A stretch of 28,435 nucleotides of DNA, from the IMG/VR virus record IMGVR_UViG_3300020044_010367, positions 1-28,435 of that record. One strand, written 5' to 3'. Source of the DNA: a virus. Taxonomy: Duplodnaviria; Caudoviricetes. The position numbers and the translations under genes are program-made. The notes under the pieces were generated by a model that was given only the letters and a program-made list of their open reading frames with translations, made no database searches and was not told where the DNA came from. Shown one piece after another: positions 1 through 8,748 of the stretch (positions are counted from its first letter, which is position 1; every line of letters begins with the position of its first letter).

Positions 1-121
1 TTTGACAAATAATTAAATTTGTGCATGAATCAAATTGTTTTTTTCGGTAATTCCCAATTCGAATTGGTCGAAAAAATGCAAGATTGGTTTACTTTGCAGG
101 AACACATGAAAATGTGGATAA
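1..121 (+). repeat. Terminal direct repeat, copy 1 (identical to 28315-28435)
   Basis: tttgacaaataatt...aaaatgtggataa at both ends. Confidence 0.97.
14..21 (+). promoter_or_regulatory. Bacteroidota -7 promoter box TAAATTTG, 3 nt before ATG 25
   Basis: Matches TAnnTTTG consensus; intergenic position. Confidence 0.55.
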
Positions 122-189
122 TTAAATACAATGATTATTTTGATAATGGCAAATTCACCAGAATAGTTTATTTCAAAAAAATTTCTTAA
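25..189 (+). CDS. Hypothetical protein, 54 aa (MNQIVFFGNSQFELVEKMQDWF...), not in the ORF track
   Basis: Manually translated ATG..TAA; fills the gap between 28326 and 215 on the circle. Confidence 0.6.
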   Translation: MNQIVFFGNSQFELVEKMQDWFTLQEHMKMWIIKYNDYFDNGKFTRIVYFKKIS

Positions 190-214
190 TCAGATTTAGT
201 AAATTTATAAATCA

Positions 215-619
215 ATGGAAAAATTTAATAACAACATTGTATATAATGCTATACAGACTCCTGATGGAACTATTCTTCAATCTAAACATAGACACGATTA
301 TGTTGACTATACTGATAAAAATGGTCAATATTATAGTGTTGATGGTGGTTTAGACTACCTTAGAAGAGGTTACGATAAAGATGATTTTACTGAATTAAGT
401 AAAACATTTAAGGACTGTACTTTAGATGACTGTACTAAGTACTTAAACTGGGGGCAGAATTATGATAAAGATATGAATAAATTACCTAAAACAATATTTA
501 AACCAATATGTGAATTAACTACGGATCATATAGAAGCTATTATAAATGGTAATTACTGTAGTAATATAATGTATTTGTATGTATTTAATTATGAATTAAA
601 TAAAAGAAATGAAAAATAA
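215..619 (+). CDS. Conserved phage hypothetical protein (S-x-HRHDY...VDGG-x-DYLRR motif)
   Basis: Motif I recognise from many phage hypothetical proteins; function unknown. Confidence 0.75.
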   Translation: MEKFNNNIVYNAIQTPDGTILQSKHRHDYVDYTDKNGQYYSVDGGLDYLRRGYDKDDFTELSKTFKDCTLDDCTKYLNWGQNYDKDMNKLPKTIFKPICELTTDHIEAIINGNYCSNIMYLYVFNYELNKRNEK

Positions 620-803
620 AGAACAAAAAACAAGTAATTTTGGAATAGCTACTTACATAGCAAAAAAACACGGACACAACATATCTGATATGAAATTAAC
701 AGAAGTAGCAAAAGCAATGAATCTGAAACCAAAAGTGCTTATCAAAAATTATAAATCAGTTGTATCAATAAACGAAATTGTCGAATCGCTAAATGACCTA
801 TAA
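609..803 (+). CDS. Small basic protein, possible HTH
   Basis: LTEVAKAMNLKPKVL resembles an HTH; overlaps upstream stop. Confidence 0.55.
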   Translation: MKNKEQKTSNFGIATYIAKKHGHNISDMKLTEVAKAMNLKPKVLIKNYKSVVSINEIVESLNDL

Positions 804-835
804 CATACACGCTATTTTGCTAATTCAATAATTTA

Positions 836-843
836 TATATTTG
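836..843 (+). promoter_or_regulatory. -7 box TATATTTG, 4 nt before ATG 848
   Basis: Consensus match; TTG at 817-819 upstream. Confidence 0.6.
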
Positions 844-847
844 TGAA

Positions 848-1126
848 ATGGTATATAAAAATGGAATCATTCATACAGTCGCATTTTATCAAGTCATTGA
901 TCAGACATTGGAAGCACTTGGAATTGAAAAAAATGAAAGTGATTTGATGCAAATATCATTTTTCTTTGACCATTTATCAGCATGGAATGAGGAAGACGAT
1001 GGAATGACCGGATTGATTTTATCCAATGGAAATAGGTTCGTGATTCCTTACAAATTCAAGGATTTTGGAGCATTTATTGAAGATGTATTAAATATTAATA
1101 TAAATGAGACAAGTTCAGAGAATTAA
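848..1126 (+). CDS. Hypothetical protein
   Basis: ORF track; promoter directly upstream. Confidence 0.7.
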   Translation: MVYKNGIIHTVAFYQVIDQTLEALGIEKNESDLMQISFFFDHLSAWNEEDDGMTGLILSNGNRFVIPYKFKDFGAFIEDVLNININETSSEN

Positions 1127-1280
1127 TATAACTAAAAACCGAATTTTAAAATATTCTGAAAAGAAAAAAAAAAGAATTCTTATCAATGTGCCATTTGACA
1201 GGCCTATTTTAGACGACGAGCATTATTATAGATACGAATTTAGTCAAAAAATATACAACGAGACATATTTGCCTTATTGA
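1104..1280 (+). CDS. Hypothetical basic protein, 58 aa (MRQVQRINITKNRILKYSEKKKKRIL...)
   Basis: Manual translation; TGA overlaps ATG 1280 (TGATG). Confidence 0.5.
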   Translation: MRQVQRINITKNRILKYSEKKKKRILINVPFDRPILDDEHYYRYEFSQKIYNETYLPY

Positions 1281-1579
1281 TGGTTAAGCACTATTTTATT
1301 TTATTGGCCGTTTTGGCGATTTTCATTGCTACCTACAAGCCAAACAACATTGTCAAGGCTCAGAATCAAAAAAGTACAAAATTTGTTACAATTAGGACCA
1401 AAATTGGCAAGGATTCGGTTGCGGTTATGTTTGGGAAATACGATTCGGCAATAAATGGCAAGGTGGTCAAAGTGTTATGGGACGAAGAATTGAAAATTAA
1501 TAGATTTATTGTAACTTTGCATAATAAAGCTATTTACAATAATAGACAAAATGGACTTAAAAAAGAAAGCATTTATTGA
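1280..1579 (+). CDS. Hypothetical protein with N-terminal TM/signal segment
   Basis: HYFILLAVLAIFIATY hydrophobic stretch; ATG at 1280. Confidence 0.6.
   Translation: MVKHYFILLAVLAIFIATYKPNNIVKAQNQKSTKFVTIRTKIGKDSVAVMFGKYDSAINGKVVKVLWDEELKINRFIVTLHNKAIYNNRQNGLKKESIY
1512..1519 (+). promoter_or_regulatory. -7 box TAACTTTG upstream of terS
   Basis: Consensus match ~30 nt before ATG 1551. Confidence 0.45.
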
Positions 1580-1880
1580 AGCCTACGAGAAAACTTTTGG
1601 CAACATAAGTCAATCTTGTAAATTGAGCGGAATTACCCGGCAAACGTTTTACAATTGGAAAAAAGAAGATGCGGAATTTTTGTCAATTTTGGAAGACATT
1701 GAGCCTGTTGAGGTATTTATTGATTTTGCCGAAAATGCATTAAATAAAAAAATACAGGATGGCGACACAACCGCCATCATATTTGCATTAAAAACCAAAG
1801 GTAAAAAAAGAGGTTATGTTGAAAAAACAGAAACTGATTTAAAAGTTGAAGTAATTAATGTAAGTTTAGATCTTGGCTAA
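1551..1880 (+). CDS. terS: Terminase small subunit (HTH)
   Basis: GNISQSCKLSGITRQTFYNW HTH; GDTTAIIFALKTKGKKRGY motif; directly upstream of terL. Confidence 0.85.
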   Translation: MDLKKKAFIEAYEKTFGNISQSCKLSGITRQTFYNWKKEDAEFLSILEDIEPVEVFIDFAENALNKKIQDGDTTAIIFALKTKGKKRGYVEKTETDLKVEVINVSLDLG

Positions 1881-3093
1881 AATCAACTACAAAAGGCCTT
1901 TCCTGTATCGGTATCAAAAGGCAATACTTAATTCCAATGCCCGGTACACCGTTACAGAAGCAGCGACAAAGGTCGGCAAAACTGCAAGTCACATCGTTTG
2001 GCTATTTGAACAGGCATTAACTTTGAAAACCAATCAACGAGTCTGGTGGATTGCACCCACAATTGGACAAGCAAAAATTGCATTTGACCGCATGAAGGTC
2101 CAAATTACAGATAGGTCGATTTTTACGGCCAATGAGACATTAAGGACCATTACTTTAGTCACGGGAGGGATAATCGAATTTAAAACGGCAGAAAAACCTG
2201 ACAATCTTTATGGAGATGATGTCTTTGCCTCAGTATTTGATGAATTCACCAGAGCAAGGGAGTCGGCATGGTTTGCCCTACGTTCAACATTGACGGCAAC
2301 AGGAGGCAAGTGTAAATTTATTGGTAACGTTAAAGGCAAAAAAAATTGGGGCCATAAACTTGCCATGAAAGCCAAAGCCGGAGAGGAAAATTTCGAGTAT
2401 TTCAAAATAACGGCATACGATGCTGCGAATGAGGGCATGAAAACCAAAGATGGCAGACCATTTATTGAGGAGATTGAGTCAGCAAAAAGAGAATTGCCGG
2501 AGGCCGTATTCAATGAACTTTATCTTGCAATTCCAAATGACGATGCCTCAAATCCATTTGGTAACGATTACATCAAAAGAGTTATTAAAGACTACCAATT
2601 TGAAGAGTCGGCCTGTTTTGGAATTGACCTTGCAAAAAGTTACGATTATGCAGTTATAGTTGGATTGTCAAAGAATGGAAATATTTCAATGATGGACAGA
2701 TGGCAATCAGATTGGGGAAGTACAAAAAGACGAATAGTTGAGAAGATTGGCAACAAGCCGACCTTAATTGATTCAACCGGAGTTGGTGATCCAATAGTTG
2801 AAGAAATACAAACAGGAAGGTCGAATATTGAAGGTCTAAAATTTAGTTCGACATCTAAACAACAACTTATGGAGGGGTTGGCTTTGGCTATTCAAAATCA
2901 AGAAATTACTATTCATCCAAGCATGATAACATTGATTGACGAGTTGGAGGCATTTGAGTTTGTTTATACACGAACAGGAGTAAAATACTCGGCTCCAGAA
3001 GGTATGCACGATGATTGCGTTTGTGCATTAGCTTTGGCGGTTAAAAGAATGAAGGAAAACATAAAATTCGGCAAAATTACTTATTGGGCATAA
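1873..3093 (+). CDS. terL: Terminase large subunit
   Basis: Walker A-like ATKVGKT, Walker B VFDE, nuclease motifs GIDLA, IDSTGVGD, HDDCV. Confidence 0.95.
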   Translation: MAKINYKRPFLYRYQKAILNSNARYTVTEAATKVGKTASHIVWLFEQALTLKTNQRVWWIAPTIGQAKIAFDRMKVQITDRSIFTANETLRTITLVTGGIIEFKTAEKPDNLYGDDVFASVFDEFTRARESAWFALRSTLTATGGKCKFIGNVKGKKNWGHKLAMKAKAGEENFEYFKITAYDAANEGMKTKDGRPFIEEIESAKRELPEAVFNELYLAIPNDDASNPFGNDYIKRVIKDYQFEESACFGIDLAKSYDYAVIVGLSKNGNISMMDRWQSDWGSTKRRIVEKIGNKPTLIDSTGVGDPIVEEIQTGRSNIEGLKFSSTSKQQLMEGLALAIQNQEITIHPSMITLIDELEAFEFVYTRTGVKYSAPEGMHDDCVCALALAVKRMKENIKFGKITYWA

Positions 3094-3119
3094 TTGTAAA
3101 TTTTTCAAAAACAAATAAA

Positions 3120-3127
3120 TATTTTTG
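3120..3127 (+). promoter_or_regulatory. -7 box TATTTTTG, 4 nt before ATG 3132
   Basis: Consensus match after the terL stop. Confidence 0.6.
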
Positions 3128-3131
3128 CAGT

Positions 3132-3878
3132 ATGCAATATTTTACAATCAACGGACCAAAACCATTGCAGGTTGAATTGCCATCAAGTTGGGCAGAGGTG
3201 ACCTTGGAAATTTTTCAAAAAATCTCAGCTATTAAGGGCAATTCAGAAGAAGAAAACAAACTTATTGAGTTGTCGATATTGACAGGCAGACCGGTAAACG
3301 ATTTTAGGCAATTGCCAAAATCAATTGTCATGCAAATGATAAACTTTGTCGGCAAATTTCTAAATATCGAAAAAACGGAGGTCCCAGAATTTACAGAATT
3401 TAGTCATTCCGGAGAAACGTACATTTTGCCAAAGTGGGATTATTCCGAAATGACATTCGGTGAGTGGATGGATGCAAAGACAGTCTCAACGATTAAGGAT
3501 GAATTTGAGGGCAATGTGTTTGACAATGCTCACATGCTCATTGCCGTTTTGTGCCGAAAGAAAGGTGACAAGGAGTATGATTCAAGCAAGGTCGAAAAAA
3601 TTGCCGAGTCATTTAAGACTCTTCCAATGGACAAAGTTTTTCTGATTGTCAATTTTTTTTTGCAGCAGAGGACCGAATCTTTGAAGAATTTGGTTACTTT
3701 TTCAAACCTCCTATTAAAACCGCAGATAGAGGACATGAACACATTAACCGATTCGGATATTATGGCTCGTTTATTGACCTTGTTGGATTTGGAGGATTTA
3801 CCAGACAAGGATTTACTCCTGCAAAAAGTGTCGAAATTGCGCCACTGCGTGAATGCCTTACCTACCTTAGTTACCTAA
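3132..3878 (+). CDS. Tail assembly chaperone-like protein, 0-frame product (start corrected to ATG 3132)
   Basis: LPSSWAEVTL..FQ, MTFGEWMD, NFFL slippery site; heads the tail operon. Confidence 0.7.
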   Translation: MQYFTINGPKPLQVELPSSWAEVTLEIFQKISAIKGNSEEENKLIELSILTGRPVNDFRQLPKSIVMQMINFVGKFLNIEKTEVPEFTEFSHSGETYILPKWDYSEMTFGEWMDAKTVSTIKDEFEGNVFDNAHMLIAVLCRKKGDKEYDSSKVEKIAESFKTLPMDKVFLIVNFFLQQRTESLKNLVTFSNLLLKPQIEDMNTLTDSDIMARLLTLLDLEDLPDKDLLLQKVSKLRHCVNALPTLVT

Positions 3879-3925
3879 ATGCAAAAACCGCTTTTCACCA
3901 AGCAAATGAACCCAAACCACAATGA
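3132..3925 (+). CDS. Tail assembly chaperone -1 frameshift product (~264 aa; C-terminus FAAEDRIFEEFGYFF...GYYGSFIDL...ECLTYLSYLNAK...KPQ)
   Basis: T9 run at 3653-3661; -1 frame open to TGA 3925, which overlaps the next ATG; no start codon in that frame. Confidence 0.7.
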
Positions 3926-4380
3926 CAATATCAGATTTAAGAGATAAAATACAACAGGCCGTTACCGGAGTAGCATTACAGGCTCCATTTACTCAGTTTG
4001 ACTTTATGGAGGGGTATTTGTATGATATGAATACCATACATGATAGGGTTAACCCATTTGTGATATTGAATATCTTCAAATCAGTTGAGGACAGAATTCA
4101 GCCAATTGCTGATCATTCAATAAAATTGAATTTTCTTTACAACATAACTCAGGCAATGGAGGTTGAAGTGGTGCAATATAGTCAGGATTACTACCATACT
4201 TTATTCAGTAAATTTGATGTTGACATTAATGCAGTATTGACGGCAATTTTTGCAAATGATGACATCAATTTGAAATCAAATATTACTCGGACCCGGTCAC
4301 CTTATAACTCAAACCAAAAACTTTGGCTTGTTCAAGTTGAATTCACCTTACAAACATTTAGCGAATGCTTCTTTATTTAG
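3922..4380 (+). CDS. Putative tail terminator/completion protein
   Basis: Size and position in the tail operon. Confidence 0.5.
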   Translation: MTISDLRDKIQQAVTGVALQAPFTQFDFMEGYLYDMNTIHDRVNPFVILNIFKSVEDRIQPIADHSIKLNFLYNITQAMEVEVVQYSQDYYHTLFSKFDVDINAVLTAIFANDDINLKSNITRTRSPYNSNQKLWLVQVEFTLQTFSECFFI

Positions 4381-4838
4381 ATGTACTTGAAAAAGCAGGA
4401 GAGCGGATTGACTCTCTGATTCGGGAAGAATTGTCCGAACAAGGTCATATTGCTACAGGCAAGTTGTCAAATTCAATAAGACATGAGGCAACTGATAGAG
4501 ATATTAAAGGATATGCAGAAGATTATTCAATTTTCGTAAATAACAGAAGCCGTCCGCATTATTTCAATAAGAAGGGAGTCGAGTCGCTAAAAAATTGGTT
4601 ACAAGTCAAAGGAATTTCTCCGGATGCTCTTTGGCCAATAATAAAAAAAATCCAACAGGAGGGAACTCCGACATCTGGAAGTTTTAAGTTTTCAAATAAT
4701 GGCAGAAGAACGGATTTTGTCTCCTTTGTGATAAATAATAAAAAAAACATCGTAACTGATTTAATCAAGGAGCAATTGACGGCCATGTATGGAGTCGAAA
4801 TAAAGGACATTTTAGGACAACAAAAAATATTGAAATAA
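4365..4838 (+). CDS. Putative neck/tail completion protein (HK97 gp10-like)
   Basis: ATGKLSNSI and Y..FVN motifs. Confidence 0.6.
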   Translation: MLLYLDVLEKAGERIDSLIREELSEQGHIATGKLSNSIRHEATDRDIKGYAEDYSIFVNNRSRPHYFNKKGVESLKNWLQVKGISPDALWPIIKKIQQEGTPTSGSFKFSNNGRRTDFVSFVINNKKNIVTDLIKEQLTAMYGVEIKDILGQQKILK

Positions 4839-6379
4839 TGGCAATCACCATAACACAACAACCAAACGCAGATGCTCATTTTTCGGCATTTCACCCATTG
4901 CCAATCAAATGCACATCTAACAGGGCAAACATTGTTAACATTAAGGCCGTAGTCAGAGAGGGAAGCACAGGCAATGCAATTGCCACAATTCGCAAACCTT
5001 ACGATATTGGTACAATTAACAATTTTACTATTGACATTTTCTCTATAGTTCAGTCATTGGTGACTTATGATTTGCCTTTATTCGGGTTCCATAGTCAATG
5101 CACAAACTCATATCAATATATTTACCTGAGTTTGACCGAAGAATATTTGTCTGGTGGAATTTTGGTCATTGGCTCAAACGTATCAACAAATAAATTCAAT
5201 GTCCACAATGTAGCAATTAACAGATTGGAGCAAACTGCAACCGATTTTGCGAGTACAATCCTATCATTTGACAACGGAGAGGCACGAATTCCAATAGGTA
5301 GTGAGGATTCGTATTATATCCAAGCTATTAAAACAGGGACATTTGACCATTTGCAAGTGACTGTATATTATTCAAATGGAACTACGGCCACATTCAATGA
5401 CCCAATTGCATGGGGAAGCGACGAGCGTTGGAATATCAGTTGCGGTCCGTTTTACATTGTCAATGTTTTGGGGGCAAATTCTGACATTGTAAAATATACG
5501 GTTGGAATTGCGGATGCCGGAAATATAATTGTATCAAATTTACTGACCTTTGTAATTGACAATTCTTGCTCAATTGACCCTGTTAAATTGACTTATTTAA
5601 ACCAAAGAGGGGCATTTAATACATTTACATTTAAGACCAAAATAGTTTTCAAGGAAAGTGTAAAAAAAGAACTTTGGAGCAAAAGAAAAGAGGTCGGAGT
5701 TGGTTATAGTTTATCTTCAAATACTCCAGAAGTCGGATTATTCAAAGATGAGACAATTACAAAATACGAAATTGAATCTCAACCAATACATTCGGCATTT
5801 ATGAATGAACTAAGAGAAATTCTTTACTCAAAGGCCGTATTTTTTACAATTTATCAAAGCTATATTGCAAATTATGGCTCAAATGTGGTCAATAATGGCA
5901 CATTTAACACGATTGCCGGGTGGACAACATCGGTTAGCTTATCTGGTACGCTAAGTTTTGCCGGAAATAAGGTCACATTTTACGATCCGGTCGCAGACTC
6001 AATTGCCTTAGTCGAACAATCAGGTATTTTAACTATTGGAGAAACTTACCGGGTTACGGCATCGGTTGCCAATAACAACGGAGTCCAAATTACTGCAAAC
6101 GGAAACCTATTGGCAAACCCAAACCAAAACGGCACACTATCCGTCGATTTTACGGCAAATAGTACAGGAATTAGCTTTGAACTCAGCAATGGACCAACAA
6201 CCGGAGGAGTTGAATTTGACAACGTGACTATTTACGCAATTCGCACCTACCAATTATCAATATACTTGCCAATGCTGATTGATGATGGAGAGTATACCGT
6301 TGCCGACAACAGGAAGAGAGAAAATAAATTAAGTTTTTCAGCAATTTTCGCAAATAAGAACTACAATGGAATCGGTTGA
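4838..6379 (+). CDS. Virion structural protein, probably distal-tail-like with an inserted carbohydrate-binding-type domain
   Basis: YLNQRGAFNTFTF motif; NVVNNGTF...GETYRVT...FDNVTI jelly-roll signature. Confidence 0.55.
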   Translation: MAITITQQPNADAHFSAFHPLPIKCTSNRANIVNIKAVVREGSTGNAIATIRKPYDIGTINNFTIDIFSIVQSLVTYDLPLFGFHSQCTNSYQYIYLSLTEEYLSGGILVIGSNVSTNKFNVHNVAINRLEQTATDFASTILSFDNGEARIPIGSEDSYYIQAIKTGTFDHLQVTVYYSNGTTATFNDPIAWGSDERWNISCGPFYIVNVLGANSDIVKYTVGIADAGNIIVSNLLTFVIDNSCSIDPVKLTYLNQRGAFNTFTFKTKIVFKESVKKELWSKRKEVGVGYSLSSNTPEVGLFKDETITKYEIESQPIHSAFMNELREILYSKAVFFTIYQSYIANYGSNVVNNGTFNTIAGWTTSVSLSGTLSFAGNKVTFYDPVADSIALVEQSGILTIGETYRVTASVANNNGVQITANGNLLANPNQNGTLSVDFTANSTGISFELSNGPTTGGVEFDNVTIYAIRTYQLSIYLPMLIDDGEYTVADNRKRENKLSFSAIFANKNYNGIG

Positions 6380-8744
6380 GCTAATACTTTTAATTAATAA
6401 TACAAGGTACAATTTACCTATTCCTTACGATACTGATTTTCCTTTGGCAATCAATCGGTCTGTTATGGATTTTGAAGATGTTGGAAAGCGGAAGGGAGAT
6501 TATACCAAGACAATTAAGGTACAAGCCAATTCAGAAGTAAATAAAGTATTGCAGCATTTATTTTTGTCTACAATTTCGCAAAATGACAACAAAGTTTTGT
6601 CGCTGAAAGGTGACACTATCAATGTTCAATGCGAAATCAATGTAAATGGCCTAACCCACACCAAAGGGTATTGTCTAATCAAGTCGGCAAGTTCAACACT
6701 AAAGCCAAATTTTTATGAGATAACCATATTCTCCGGAATGAACGATTGGGCAGATATTTTGTCAAAGAAAAAGCTAAGAGAATTGAATTTAGGTCGAACA
6801 ATTTGGAACTGGGCATACATTAAGGATTCAAATTTGCAAACCAAATCAGAAACTGCAAATCCATTTAATTTTGTCTATCCTTTAATCGACTACGGAGACA
6901 TTGGCAATAAGCAAAATTCCAACGATGGCATAATGGATTACGAGTTAAGAATTGCTCCTTATATCAGAGACATGGTAATTGCAATTTTTGCTCAAACAGG
7001 GTACACGTTGACTTCTGAATGGCTCAAAAATGATGACATAAGAAAATTAATTTATCCGTTTACCTCTGGCAATTGGAAGAGAAGCATGGCCGACGAGTAT
7101 AATGCAAGGGTCAGGTGGACGGCTACTCAGATTATAATTAACTCGTCTGGATTTACTCTAATTAGTAATCCAAATGCTGAGGATTATGATTATGCAAACC
7201 AAATTACTTTGTCGCAAAGTTTGGTCGTAACTCCTCCGTCTTTATTTGGTGGAGGAAATCAGAATTTGACAGGATTAAAATATACGGCAGCCGAAGGAGG
7301 AACAATTACAATTAAGGCAAATTTGGATATTACCATTACCGGAAATAACAGTTGCCAAATATGGGTACACAGAGGGCAATCAGTCTTATTACCAATAACA
7401 AGAATTACTGATGTAACCGCAGGAGTTGGTAGTGGTAATACTATTTTTGAGCATCAAATTTATGTGTCTCCCGGTGAAACAATAAGTATTTGTTTCTGGC
7501 CACTCAATAATGGTTATACTGCAATCAACCCAAATTCAACAATTGAATTTATTGCCTCAGACAATATCGAAATTGGTAGTGAATTTGACATTGCCAATAC
7601 TTTACCGGATAAGACTTGCATGGAATTTATTCAAGGATTGGCGCATTTGTTTAATTTGGTATTTGACACAGACCCTCTTGCAAGGACCATTACCATCGAA
7701 CCTATGTTTGCATGGGTTGACTCTGTAGGTAATTCGGTTGATGGGTACTATTTGGGTTTTGATGAAGCGGTTGACTATTCAGCAAAAACTCAGCAACATC
7801 TGGAATTGAAGACTGAATTTCTAAGCAATTACAACCAAGAATTATTTTGGAAATACAAAGACGATTCAAGCGATGGAATTTTGAAGGAGAGAAAGGACAA
7901 AACAGGCCATATTTACGGAGGCTATAAACATCTTCTTTATAAACGATTTCAAAAAGGCACAAAAACCTACAACAATCCGCATTTTGCACCTACTTACATG
8001 GGTTACAGGATAATCGGAAAACAAAAGTTGTTAGTCCCTTTGATAATGGAGCAAATGACGAGTGGTTACGATACTCCAAGCTACAAATGTGAGCCAAGAA
8101 TACTCTATTACCAATATTCAGATCATGATTCATACTTTGCCGGGAGTACAGGGAGCAAACATTATGAATGGAAATTAGTGGATTCTCTTTATGGATTAAG
8201 CTATAATTATAACACAGATTGCCCAAGAGTTTTTTCGGTCGATGTCGATGGAGAAGTGAATTTTAGCTTAAATTTTGATGACATGTTTGTTTTAGATGGC
8301 GGAAAATCCTATGGGCTATTCAAACGATATTGGTCCAAAGTACCTCCATTAATAAACGAAGGAGTTAAGGCCTCTGCAATGGTAAAATATGTCGAAATTG
8401 ACAACCTAAATATGAATTTTCGCAAACTTTGGTATTTACAGGATGTCTATTGGATAGTCAACCGAATAATCGACTACAAACCTCACGAAAAAGTCCATAC
8501 TAAGGTAGAATTAATCCTAAAAAACGAATTGGGCATGGCCAATGTTCAAAATCAACCAGAAGGTACAGACGGTTGGGCAAACCCATCCGATGCTAGTACA
8601 ACAGGAGAGACAATTGATTTTAATATTGACGATGAAATTTACACATCAACCGGAGACACAGTCACTACACTAACCAAAGGTCCACAAATCACAACATCGG
8701 TTAACACCAGACCGGCTACAAAACAACCACTATTAAAAGGATAA
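6366..8744 (+). CDS. Tail tip/hub (baseplate) protein
   Basis: KRKGDYTKTI, YPLIDYG and LPD..CMEFIQGLAHLFNL motifs typical of phage minor tail proteins. Confidence 0.65.
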   Translation: MESVELILLINNTRYNLPIPYDTDFPLAINRSVMDFEDVGKRKGDYTKTIKVQANSEVNKVLQHLFLSTISQNDNKVLSLKGDTINVQCEINVNGLTHTKGYCLIKSASSTLKPNFYEITIFSGMNDWADILSKKKLRELNLGRTIWNWAYIKDSNLQTKSETANPFNFVYPLIDYGDIGNKQNSNDGIMDYELRIAPYIRDMVIAIFAQTGYTLTSEWLKNDDIRKLIYPFTSGNWKRSMADEYNARVRWTATQIIINSSGFTLISNPNAEDYDYANQITLSQSLVVTPPSLFGGGNQNLTGLKYTAAEGGTITIKANLDITITGNNSCQIWVHRGQSVLLPITRITDVTAGVGSGNTIFEHQIYVSPGETISICFWPLNNGYTAINPNSTIEFIASDNIEIGSEFDIANTLPDKTCMEFIQGLAHLFNLVFDTDPLARTITIEPMFAWVDSVGNSVDGYYLGFDEAVDYSAKTQQHLELKTEFLSNYNQELFWKYKDDSSDGILKERKDKTGHIYGGYKHLLYKRFQKGTKTYNNPHFAPTYMGYRIIGKQKLLVPLIMEQMTSGYDTPSYKCEPRILYYQYSDHDSYFAGSTGSKHYEWKLVDSLYGLSYNYNTDCPRVFSVDVDGEVNFSLNFDDMFVLDGGKSYGLFKRYWSKVPPLINEGVKASAMVKYVEIDNLNMNFRKLWYLQDVYWIVNRIIDYKPHEKVHTKVELILKNELGMANVQNQPEGTDGWANPSDASTTGETIDFNIDDEIYTSTGDTVTTLTKGPQITTSVNTRPATKQPLLKG

Positions 8745-8748
8745 TAAA

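Noticed and set aside
1159-1173. A-run as a frameshift or phase-variation site
   Set aside because: ORF 1104-1280 reads through and couples to the next start without any shift.
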